Below are positions 18,562 to 27,332 of a DNA stretch of 64,000 nt, in pieces. How positions within the stretch are numbered: position 1 is the first letter of the stretch; each line of letters opens with the position of its first letter. The DNA lies in NCBI GenBank assembly GCA_020726185.1, contig DYTB01000003.1, forward strand, positions 12,451 to 76,450, written 5' to 3'. Source of the DNA: Candidatus Odyssella sp. Lineage in GTDB: Bacteria > Pseudomonadota > Alphaproteobacteria > Paracaedibacterales > CAITNM01. The notes under the pieces are model-generated. The model was not told where the DNA came from. It saw only the letters and a list, made by a program, of their open reading frames with translations, and searched no databases. A program made the translations under genes and the position numbers.

Positions 18562-20349
18562 GTGCGAACCTGTGGAGGCAATTCATTGCGCTTATTTTTA
18601 TGTATTATTTTTGCGGCATCATTGCATGCATCAACCATGGTGTTGGCGCCTATTGTGGTAAGATCAAAAAAAGAGACATGCATGCCTAAATGGCAGTTTA
18701 TAGAAGCATTAACATCTGGCTCGGCAACAAGTGGTTTTGAAGAGCAACAGATCAAGAACGTGCCCGGTGTTACGACTACAACTAGTGGAAACCCTGGGCA
18801 ACTTACCACTATTAGTATTCAAGGATCGGCTTCAAGATACACCAAGATGCTTTGGTCAGGCTTAAGTATTAGTGAAACAGAAACGGATGCTGCATTGATT
18901 CCACTTTCAACAGGGAAAGCTGAAGTCGTAAAAGGCATACATTGCGCTGAATATGGAAACGGCGCTATTGGCGGTGTGGTTAATGTTATTCCATTTTCTA
19001 TGCCAGAGGGTCAAAATGGCGGATTAAAATTTAGTGGGGGAAATTATGCCAAATCTGGTCGCTTATGGTGGAACCAAAAAGCCGATGGATTTTCCATTCA
19101 ACAACACATAGAAAGCAGTAATTTCCATGGGAAAAATTCCATACCAAAAAGGTATCAGGCTAAGTATCCAACTGAAAAAAGTCCTGCAACAGAAAAGAAG
19201 TATTTCTTGAATCAGTTCGGGTTTGAAAATCATCACGCAAAAACTGCTATGCAAGTTGGTCTTATTAAGTCTGGGTCCACAGGAAGCAATATATATTTAG
19301 CGAGTCCTTATGATTCTAGATCAAAAAGAACTCTTCAGATTTATGCGCTTGATTTAGAAGGCAAATCTGAAACATTTCAGCCTTATTTGAAATTTTTGCA
19401 TGCTAAGGTTATAAGGCAAGATTTTTCACCACATCAAACAAATGGTTCTTCTGGAGTTTTGCAAAACACAAAAGTCAAAATTGGCACCAAGATAAAATCT
19501 GATTCGCTGATTTTTGAACCAGTTGTAGAGCAACACCGCAGCGTTTTAAATCCTACTGGAGACAAGTTACAGAAGAACAATGAATATGCTTTTGCTCAAG
19601 GAATTCATTTAAACCAAGACACAATTCAGTGGAAAAATTGGGCACGTATTCATAAAGCAAATCATTTCAATTCTGCCTACGCATTTAGTTCAAGTTTGTT
19701 AAAAACCCATGATGATACTGAATTTTCAGCTCATATTGGTACAGGATTTCAATTACCTAATTTATATATGCTGAATGATAAAAAGAATGGCAATAAGAAT
19801 TTGAAACATGAAACGGCTTATGGTGGTAATTTAGGCGTTGCTCAAAATACGAATGTGGGAACATTTAGCGTGCTTGTTTTTAGAACTGATCATAAACAAC
19901 AAATTAATTACAAAAACGATAGATACGTTAATCTTAATAGGTCTCGCCAAAAGGGGTTTGAGCTTGGTTGGAAAAACCAAATTGGTTCTTGGGGAACGCA
20001 ATTGTCGTGTATGTATGCTGAATCGCATAGCTTTAAGCCGAAAAAGACGCTCATGAATATTCCAAAAGTCACTGCAAACGGTCAAGTTTTTTATACAAAA
20101 GATGATATTATAACAAGTGTTGGTTGGCGTTATACAGGAAGTCAAACTCAACCAGATTTTGAGGAAACGTCTTCGCTAATTAAAAGAGGTGGCTACCCAG
20201 TATTTTTTGGAGATTTTCAATATAAGTTTAAAGAAAGTGCTACGTGGTTTGTGGCAGTTGAAAATGCACTAAACAGAAAAATAGAAAGCCCGCATGGATA
20301 CAGGAATCCTGGATTCCAAATTAACACAGGGATAAGCATCACATGGTAA
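18562..20349 (+). CDS. btuB: TonB-dependent receptor, BtuB-like vitamin B12 transporter
   Basis: Plug motifs GQLTTISIQG and EYGNGAIGGVVNVI, C-terminal VENALNR...GY...W; under a cobalamin riboswitch. Confidence 0.8.
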   Translation: MRTCGGNSLRLFLCIIFAASLHASTMVLAPIVVRSKKETCMPKWQFIEALTSGSATSGFEEQQIKNVPGVTTTTSGNPGQLTTISIQGSASRYTKMLWSGLSISETETDAALIPLSTGKAEVVKGIHCAEYGNGAIGGVVNVIPFSMPEGQNGGLKFSGGNYAKSGRLWWNQKADGFSIQQHIESSNFHGKNSIPKRYQAKYPTEKSPATEKKYFLNQFGFENHHAKTAMQVGLIKSGSTGSNIYLASPYDSRSKRTLQIYALDLEGKSETFQPYLKFLHAKVIRQDFSPHQTNGSSGVLQNTKVKIGTKIKSDSLIFEPVVEQHRSVLNPTGDKLQKNNEYAFAQGIHLNQDTIQWKNWARIHKANHFNSAYAFSSSLLKTHDDTEFSAHIGTGFQLPNLYMLNDKKNGNKNLKHETAYGGNLGVAQNTNVGTFSVLVFRTDHKQQINYKNDRYVNLNRSRQKGFELGWKNQIGSWGTQLSCMYAESHSFKPKKTLMNIPKVTANGQVFYTKDDIITSVGWRYTGSQTQPDFEETSSLIKRGGYPVFFGDFQYKFKESATWFVAVENALNRKIESPHGYRNPGFQINTGISITW

Positions 20350-20837
20350 AAATGCGTTACTTGTTTATAGGTTCGGTTTGTGTTCATGGACTGCTTGCTT
20401 TGTCTATTGGGCAATACATTCAATGCACTGAGAAGCAAATACCGCAAATATTTTCGGTAACGTTGCTTACGTCACCAAAAGAAACAAATGAAAAGGTTTC
20501 TGTCCCGCTTAAGAAAACATCTATTAATGCGCGCGCAAATAAATCTTCCGTTGTTAATCATGCAACTATTGAAAATGCTGCTTCTGCACCGATTGTTATT
20601 TATAATCCCTCACCGGCATATCCAGCTTATGCCAAAGAAAATGGGAAAGAAGGCAGCTTTTCAGTAAAGCTTTTGGTAAGCTCTGCAGGAGTTGTTGAGG
20701 ATGTTAAAGTGGTAGCCATCAAAGGAGACAAAGCTCTGTTCGAAGAAGAACTTCTTAAAACAATGAAGCAGTGGACATTCAATGTTAATGGCAAAGAAGC
20801 ATCGTTTGAAATTCCTATTTCATTTCAGTTGGATTGA
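20343..20837 (+). CDS. tonB: Energy transducer TonB
   Basis: N-terminal TM with S-x3-H-like motif (SVCVHG), C-terminal PAYPAYAKENGKEG...WTF...IPISFQL. Confidence 0.85.
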   Translation: MVKMRYLFIGSVCVHGLLALSIGQYIQCTEKQIPQIFSVTLLTSPKETNEKVSVPLKKTSINARANKSSVVNHATIENAASAPIVIYNPSPAYPAYAKENGKEGSFSVKLLVSSAGVVEDVKVVAIKGDKALFEEELLKTMKQWTFNVNGKEASFEIPISFQLD

Positions 20838-20842
20838 TAGAG

Positions 20843-20870
20843 TTGAAAACCCCAAATTTCCAGGTACACT
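20843..20870 (+). promoter_or_regulatory. Candidate sigma70 promoter for lptAB
   Basis: TTGAAA-N16-TACACT in the gap between tonB and the probable lptA GTG start. Confidence 0.4.
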
Positions 20871-20899
20871 GTGAAAAGAACGCCGTCTTTCAAACTGTT

Positions 20900-21382
20900 G
20901 TGAAAAAATATTTTATTTTAGCCTTATTCATGAGTGTGTGCATTGCTGCAGAGCCACAAAAAAAAGACCCTGCAAACGATATTAAAATTAATGCTGATAA
21001 TATGCAGTATGACACATCGCATCAACATGCTGATGCAAATGGTAACGTGATACTGACTTACCTTGTTAAAGGTTCTATGGTGACCTTGAAAGCTGAAAAT
21101 CTTCATGCTGAATTTGATGACCAAGGCAACTTAACCACTGCAAAAGCTGAAGGAAAGGTTGAGATTGATTATGCCGAAACCAAACTGCTTGCAACCCAAT
21201 GTGTGCATGATTTTAATGCTAATCATGCAGTTTGCACAGGGGATGATGTAACGCTTATTCAAGAAAAAAATGAAGTGCATGGTACAGAAGCTACTCTTGA
21301 CATTGCGACGCATGTTTTTACAATGCAAGCAAGTCAGGAAGATCAGGTTACATGCATAGTGTATCCAAAGAAGAAGGAATAA
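20900..21382 (+). CDS. lptA: LPS transport periplasmic protein LptA (OstA-like)
   Basis: Signal peptide from GTG 20900; IKINADNMQYD, ANGNV, AEGKV beta-jellyroll pattern; upstream of lptB. Confidence 0.75.
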   Translation: MKKYFILALFMSVCIAAEPQKKDPANDIKINADNMQYDTSHQHADANGNVILTYLVKGSMVTLKAENLHAEFDDQGNLTTAKAEGKVEIDYAETKLLATQCVHDFNANHAVCTGDDVTLIQEKNEVHGTEATLDIATHVFTMQASQEDQVTCIVYPKKKE

Positions 21383-21386
21383 GAAC

Positions 21387-22109
21387 ATAAGAACCCTAAG
21401 AGCTCAAAAATTAACGAAAACCTTTCAAAAACGCATGGTGTTGAAGGGCATTGACCTTAGCATTAGCACCGGTGAGGCCGTTGGCTTGCTTGGTCCAAAT
21501 GGAGCAGGAAAAACAACTTCTTTTTCTATTATTACCGGATTAATTATGGCGGATTCTGGTCGTATTTTTTTAGATGAAAACGATATTACTGATATGCCCA
21601 TGTATAAACGAGCACGAATGGGAATTAGCTATTTGCCACAAGATGCTTCAATTTTTCGCGGGTTAAATGTTGAAGACAATATTCGTGCAGCACTTGAGTG
21701 TGTAGAAATGGATCCTGATCATCAGCAAGAACGCTTAGAAGAACTGCTTGATGAATTTGGCATTACCCATTTACGAGAAGCACCTTCTGTGGCGCTTTCC
21801 GGTGGTGAAAGACGTCGTGTTGAAATAGCGCGTTCCCTTGCGATTAAGCCCGATTTCTTATTCTTAGACGAACCATTGGCAGGTATTGACCCAATTGCCG
21901 TGCAAGATGTTAAAGACATTATTATGCGTTTGAAAAACCACAATATTGGTATTCTTATAACTGACCATAACGTACGTGAAACCTTAGATGTTGTGGATAG
22001 AGCATATATTATTGCAGAAGGTCGGGTGCTTACCGAAGGTGACCCTGCCCATATTATTAATCATCCTGATGTTAGGCGCGTGTATTTAGGCGAGAACTTT
22101 TCTCTTTAG
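21387..22109 (+). CDS. lptB: LPS export ABC ATPase LptB
   Basis: LLGPNGAGKTT, YLPQDASIF, LSGGERRRVEIAR, DEPLAGIDP, TDHNVRETL, VYLGENF; homology extends 16 codons upstream of ATG 21435 to ATA 21387. Confidence 0.95.
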   Translation: MRTLRAQKLTKTFQKRMVLKGIDLSISTGEAVGLLGPNGAGKTTSFSIITGLIMADSGRIFLDENDITDMPMYKRARMGISYLPQDASIFRGLNVEDNIRAALECVEMDPDHQQERLEELLDEFGITHLREAPSVALSGGERRRVEIARSLAIKPDFLFLDEPLAGIDPIAVQDVKDIIMRLKNHNIGILITDHNVRETLDVVDRAYIIAEGRVLTEGDPAHIINHPDVRRVYLGENFSL

Positions 22110-22252
22110 CTTTTTTACTTCTCTTGACAAAATCACTGTCAATTCACATATTTAAATTATCTAAATTATTCATAATGTGTGTCATGGATTATTCGTTTCA
22201 AAATTAAGTAACTGCGCAATTAGCGCTTTTCAATTATTGAAACGAGAATTTT

Positions 22253-23767
22253 ATGACGACAATACAAATCAATCAGCTTGGTATTTCATTTACCCACAAA
22301 ACTTGTTTTGAGGGTTTTTCAACCCATGTGCATGACGGAGATCGCATTGCGATTATTGGTCAAAATGGCAGTGGAAAATCGACATTACTAAAAACTTTGC
22401 TTAATCAAGTTGAGCCAAGTAGTGGGTCGATTCGTATTTCTGATGATGTTATTTTTGGATATGTTCCGCAAGTTATTTGCGAATTTGAAACCTTAAGCGG
22501 TGGGCAACGGCTAAATGAGGCGTTAACGCAAGCGTTATGTGTTAGTCCAAACGTTTTGCTGCTTGATGAGCCAACAAATTACCTTGATAGTAATAACAGA
22601 AAATCATTAATGCGCATGTTGCGGCAATATGCTGGAACGTTAATTGTGGTCACTCATGATGTTGAATTTTTAAATAACTGCATTGACACACTTTGGCATA
22701 TTGATAATGGTAAAGTGCATGTTTTTAGAGGCAATTACGATGATTACATGCGTGAAACTAATATTAAGCGCGCATCAATTGAAGGTGAATTAGCACGACT
22801 AGATCGGCAGAAAAAAGATGCGCACCACGCGTTAATGAAAGAACAAGAGCGCGCTAAAAAAAGCAATTTGAAAGGTGAAAAATCTATTCAGGAAAGGAAA
22901 TGGCCAACGGTTGTTTCTAGCGCAAAAGCAAATCGTGCTGCTGAGACATCAGGAAAAAAAAAGAAAGAAATTCATAATGAAAAAGATGATTTGCTTGAAA
23001 AACTATCATCTTTGCGATTACCTGAAGTCATCACGCCGAAATTTTCTATAAAAGCTGCGGATATAAGTGACCGTGTTTTAGTTTCAATAAGTGATGGATC
23101 AGTTGGTTATAAAGATAACGAGACTATAGTTCAAAACATAAATTTTTCACTGGATGCTAAAGCTAGAATTGCACTTCAGGGAAATAATGGCAGCGGAAAA
23201 TCAACGTTTATTAAAGCTATTTTGGGCGATCAAAACATAATAAAAACCGGTGATTGGTATCTGCCGAATGATATCGGGTACCTTGATCAACATTACGCAA
23301 CGCTAGATGCTGAAAAATCAGTGCTTGAAACAATTACAGAATTAGCTCCGACATGGACTCATGCTGAAGTGCGCCGTCATCTTAATGATTTTTTATTTCG
23401 TAAAAATGAAGAGGTTCATGCAAAAATTCATCAGCTATCAGGGGGAGAAAAAGTAAGATTAAGCCTTGCGCAAATTGCTGCAAAAACTCAAAAGCTTTTG
23501 ATATTAGATGAAATCACCAACAACCTAGATTTATCAACAAAAGAGCATTTGTTGGAATTTCTCAATGCATATCCAGGCAGCTTTATTATTGTGTGTCACG
23601 ACGAGGGATTTTTAGAAAAATTAAATCTGGATGATACATACCTAGTGAAAGAGAAATTATTAAAACTACTGCGAATTTCTTGTTTCAAGCCAGCGGGCAA
23701 TAAGTTTTTCTGCTTGTTCGTTGGCACATGTTATAACTTTACGATCAACAGCTCCATTTTCGTTTAA
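22253..23767 (+). CDS. ABC-F family ATPase (ribosome-associated)
   Basis: Two ABC domains (GQNGSGKST/LSGGQ/DEPTN; GNNGSGKST/LSGGE/DEITN), no TM segments, long interdomain linker. Confidence 0.9.
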   Translation: MTTIQINQLGISFTHKTCFEGFSTHVHDGDRIAIIGQNGSGKSTLLKTLLNQVEPSSGSIRISDDVIFGYVPQVICEFETLSGGQRLNEALTQALCVSPNVLLLDEPTNYLDSNNRKSLMRMLRQYAGTLIVVTHDVEFLNNCIDTLWHIDNGKVHVFRGNYDDYMRETNIKRASIEGELARLDRQKKDAHHALMKEQERAKKSNLKGEKSIQERKWPTVVSSAKANRAAETSGKKKKEIHNEKDDLLEKLSSLRLPEVITPKFSIKAADISDRVLVSISDGSVGYKDNETIVQNINFSLDAKARIALQGNNGSGKSTFIKAILGDQNIIKTGDWYLPNDIGYLDQHYATLDAEKSVLETITELAPTWTHAEVRRHLNDFLFRKNEEVHAKIHQLSGGEKVRLSLAQIAAKTQKLLILDEITNNLDLSTKEHLLEFLNAYPGSFIIVCHDEGFLEKLNLDDTYLVKEKLLKLLRISCFKPAGNKFFCLFVGTCYNFTINSSIFV

Positions 23768-24403
23768 TGAAATGGCCCCGATGAAATTTACACCTTGTGA
23801 AATGACAAGGCTTTTATCTTGAATAGGTTCTTCATTCATAAAATTTCTGTAGGCTTGTTTTTCGCTTTCTAGCAAAACAAATACCATTGATAAACCATTG
23901 TAATTTGCAGTGCGTAAAATTTCTTTAATTAGCCGATCTTTGCCCATGGTGTATTGGTCAGGTTCAAACCGATGTTGCGCGCCAAGTTTTTGTTTTAAAT
24001 TTTCATATGCTATGCGGGCTGCTGCATTTTGAATTAAGGTGTCACGAAATAATAAATCCTTGGCAATTTCATCGTGTCCTCTGTCCCATACATGTAAGTG
24101 ATGAGTACGTGGATCACCTTTTGCGAACAAGCGTCTCAGTGGCATACCGTATTCACCTAATGCACTATACCCGATTGCAGCTAATGTTTCATTCGATTGA
24201 TTGACCTTAGAAATATCTTCAACTTCAATGGTAATATCGATGATTGGTTTTGCCATAAGGTTGGGTACTGATGTGCTGCCTTTGTGGTAAATATTGATGG
24301 CTAAATCGCCAAAGATTTCTTTTAAAAGTTCAGCTTCTTGAGAAAATAGTTGAGGCCATTGCGGGTTATAATCTGAAAGTGTAATTTCTCGCATGCTGAC
24401 CAT
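23666..24403 (-). CDS. GrpB (UPF0157) family protein
   Basis: YNPQWPQLF, HKGSTSVPNLMAKPIIDI, THHLHV, LLFRDTL, YENLK. Confidence 0.9.
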   Translation of the reverse strand: MVSMREITLSDYNPQWPQLFSQEAELLKEIFGDLAINIYHKGSTSVPNLMAKPIIDITIEVEDISKVNQSNETLAAIGYSALGEYGMPLRRLFAKGDPRTHHLHVWDRGHDEIAKDLLFRDTLIQNAAARIAYENLKQKLGAQHRFEPDQYTMGKDRLIKEILRTANYNGLSMVFVLLESEKQAYRNFMNEEPIQDKSLVISQGVNFIGAISLNENGAVDRKVITCANEQAEKLIARWLETRNSQ

Positions 24404-24493
24404 TCAATTGATATTTATCAATTCATCCTATTTTTTAAAGGTTCTAAACACAATACAATTTAAAGATACAGACAAAAAATAGTTGAATTTTTC

Positions 24494-25486
24494 GTGATTT
24501 CCTTATATTATATCAATGTTTTAATTCGTCTGTTTATATTCGTGAAATACTATATAAAATATCTATTGTTTATTTCTTTATTTCTTTCTAAAATTTTCCC
24601 CGTAGGAGAGTTCATTGAAAATGCTGTTATTATTGTGGGCAACAATCGCACGGCAGGACTGATGCTGAAAGAAATAGCCCCAATTGTTAAGCAATCAGAG
24701 GCTGATTTTACTTATGAGAATATACCTTTTTTTCAGGAAAAACGAGTTATCAGTATAGATACAGAGCCTTGCGTTACGGATAATGAGCATATACAAGCAG
24801 ATTTTATAACCACTCAAGTGTTTGCTTCAGCTTCTCAAGACACAGTTATATTTGAGTGGTTTCCTCTTGCATCAAAAGATACAGTTACAAATCCTAAAGC
24901 TACACATTTTACGACTGAAGCTTTAAAAAAAGCATTTGCAATTTTAAAACCAGGAGGATGTTTATTGATTGATAACCACCCCTTTTTTGCACTAACAGGA
25001 GCAAATGAAATAGCTACGCAAATACACAACCCCTTTGCATTAATTTTAGGAATAGATGAATACGCTAAAATTCAAGCTGCTATTGGTGATCCCCATTACA
25101 AGCCTGAGAGAGGCGTCACTTTTTATTCAGAGGAAGCCTTTTTGAATTCTTTAAAGCTTGTTGGAACCATATTTAAACAAGACGAGACAACCATAAGAAA
25201 CACTCTAAAAAGTTTAACGGATGCAGCGTATAATCATCTGGTGGCCCATGCAATTAATAACTTATTGGAGACTATCTTACAAAACCCCCAAGGTTATATG
25301 TTTCTTTGGGGATATCACGCTTATGCACGAGCAACTCTTATGAAAAAATGTTTAGAAAAAATAGGATTTGATATTAGTGGTACTCAAGTTGAATTTGTTG
25401 AAGAAAATCCCTTTAACAAACGTAAATGGGCTTGCTTGATACGGGCAGTTAAACCTGTGAATAATGCGAATTTATTAGTCAACTAA
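24494..25486 (+). CDS. Hypothetical protein, class I SAM methyltransferase-like fold, possible signal peptide
   Basis: VISID, HIQADF, DTVIFE, AFAILKPGG motif order; hydrophobic N-terminus (alternative GTG start 24542). Confidence 0.5.
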   Translation: MISLYYINVLIRLFIFVKYYIKYLLFISLFLSKIFPVGEFIENAVIIVGNNRTAGLMLKEIAPIVKQSEADFTYENIPFFQEKRVISIDTEPCVTDNEHIQADFITTQVFASASQDTVIFEWFPLASKDTVTNPKATHFTTEALKKAFAILKPGGCLLIDNHPFFALTGANEIATQIHNPFALILGIDEYAKIQAAIGDPHYKPERGVTFYSEEAFLNSLKLVGTIFKQDETTIRNTLKSLTDAAYNHLVAHAINNLLETILQNPQGYMFLWGYHAYARATLMKKCLEKIGFDISGTQVEFVEENPFNKRKWACLIRAVKPVNNANLLVN

Positions 25487-25489
25487 AAA

Positions 25490-26870
25490 TTACACCATTA
25501 GTTCTGGTTTTACATGTTTCTCAAACTCGGAACGGCTCAACAAACCTAACTGTTCTGCTGCATCTGCTAGAGTTATATCTTCCAGCAATGCTTTTTTAGC
25601 AACTTTAGCCGCGTTGTCATAGCCAATAATGGGATTTAGGGCTGTGACCAGCATTAAAGATTTGTCTAAATTGTCTTGTAGCTTTGCTGCGTTAACAGTA
25701 ATGCCTTCTAAACAATTGTGGGAAAAGCTGTTGCTAGCATCTGCCAATAACCCAATTGATTCAAGTACATTATGGATAATAACCGGTTTAAAAACATTCA
25801 ATTGAAAATGCCCCTGACTGCCTGCAATGGTAACAGTTGTATGATTCCCCATAACCTGACAGCAAACCATTGTCATAGCTTCAGCTTGAGTGGGATTAAT
25901 CTTTCCAGGCATAATTGAAGATCCTGGTTCATTTTCTGGCAAATGAAGCTCGCCAAGGCCGCACCTTGGTCCAGAAGCTAGAAACCGAATATCATTAGCA
26001 ATTTTCATGAGGCTTGTAGCAATAACATTTAAAACGCCTGAAACTTCAACAAGGGTGTCATGACAAGCTAACGCTTCAAATTTATTAGGGGCACTAACAA
26101 AAGGTAGCTTAGTGTAGCTAGCAACAGCTTTAGCAAAAGCAGCGGGAAAATCTTCTGGGCAATTAATACCAGTGCCTACAGCTGTACCCCCTTGGGCTAA
26201 CTGTAAAAGCCGTGGCAAGACGCAATCAAGACGATCTAGGTTGTTACTTATTTGCATAACAAAGGCAGAAAATTCTTGAGATAGTTTGATGGGGGTCGCG
26301 TCTTGCAAATGGGTGCGGGCAACTTTTATGTATTTTTCAAATTCGCAGGCCTTTTTATGAAATGTATTTTTCAAATTACTAAGGGCTGGTTTTAGGTCAT
26401 TTGATATGGCAAGAACGGTTGCAATATGCATAGCCGTTGGAAAACTATCATTCGATGATTGACCATAATTAACATGGTCATTCGGGTGCACAGGCTGTTT
26501 TGAGCCTAGTGAAGAGCCCAGTAATTCATTTGCACGATTCGCTATAACCTCGTTGAGGTTCATATTTGTTTGGGTTCCAGAACCAGTCTGCCAAATAACT
26601 AAGGGAAAATGATCGACAAATTTTCCATCTATAATTTCATCGCAAGCTTGCACAATAGCTTTTGTTAAGGTTCCATCTATTTTTTTAAGTGAAAAATTAG
26701 TTTGTGCGGTGCAGCGCTTTAAAATAGCAAATGCCTTAATAAATATGGAAGGCATTTTGTGACTACCAATTTTGAAATTATACCGAGAACGTTCTGTTTG
26801 AGCCCCCCCAGTAAGCATCATTTGGAACTTCTACTGACCCCATAGAATCATGTTCTGTGCGTGTTATCAT
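25490..26870 (-). CDS. fumC: Class II fumarate hydratase FumC (one-base frameshift near 5' end)
   Basis: [22 protein letters not shown]-like [19 protein letters not shown]; true N-terminus [22 protein letters not shown] begins at ATG 26870 in another frame, joined across a G7 run at 26803-26809. Confidence 0.95.
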
Positions 26871-27331
26871 AACTTAGCTTCTAATATTTTGATGACATCA
26901 GCTACATGGTCTTTAACACTGACCTTACGCCATATGTGAGCAATTTCACCATTCGGCGTAATTAAAAAGGTTGAGCGTTCAATACCAAAATATTTTTTGC
27001 CATACATGCTTTTTTCAACCCAAACACCGAAAACGTCGCAGAGCTTTCCATCTGTATCGCTCAAAAGATCAAATGGAAAATTGTATTTAAAAATAAAATT
27101 AGTATGGCTTTTAGAAGAGTCTTTGGAAATTCCAAATACTTCGCAACCTAGCTTTTTTAAATGATTATTTGAGTCACGAAAATCGCAAGATTCTTGAGTG
27201 CAGCCGGGGGTATTATCTTTTGGATAAAAATATAATACCGCCCAGTGACCTTTTAATTGATCTGATGAAACAATCACATCATGCTGATTAGGAACAGCAA
27301 AAGCAGGAAGTGGATCACCAATTTTTAACAT
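26867..27331 (-). CDS. bcp: Thioredoxin-dependent peroxiredoxin Bcp
   Basis: LYFYPKDNTPGCTQESCDFRD, GISKDS, RSTFLI. Confidence 0.95.
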   Translation of the reverse strand: MLKIGDPLPAFAVPNQHDVIVSSDQLKGHWAVLYFYPKDNTPGCTQESCDFRDSNNHLKKLGCEVFGISKDSSKSHTNFIFKYNFPFDLLSDTDGKLCDVFGVWVEKSMYGKKYFGIERSTFLITPNGEIAHIWRKVSVKDHVADVIKILEAKL

Positions 27332-27332
27332 G

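Noticed and set aside
18345-22109. Essential lptAB placed under B12-riboswitch control
   Set aside because: A plausible promoter TTGAAA-N16-TACACT (20843-20870) lies in the 62-nt gap before the probable lptA start, so read-through is not needed.
23666-23767. 102-nt convergent overlap between ABC-F and grpB
   Set aside because: Most simply a lost stop giving a non-conserved C-terminal extension; no sign of function.
26803-26809. Phase variation of fumC through a G7 tract
   Set aside because: The in-frame sequence needs G6 (TGG GGG GCT); one extra G in a short run, among several similar indels, favours assembly error.
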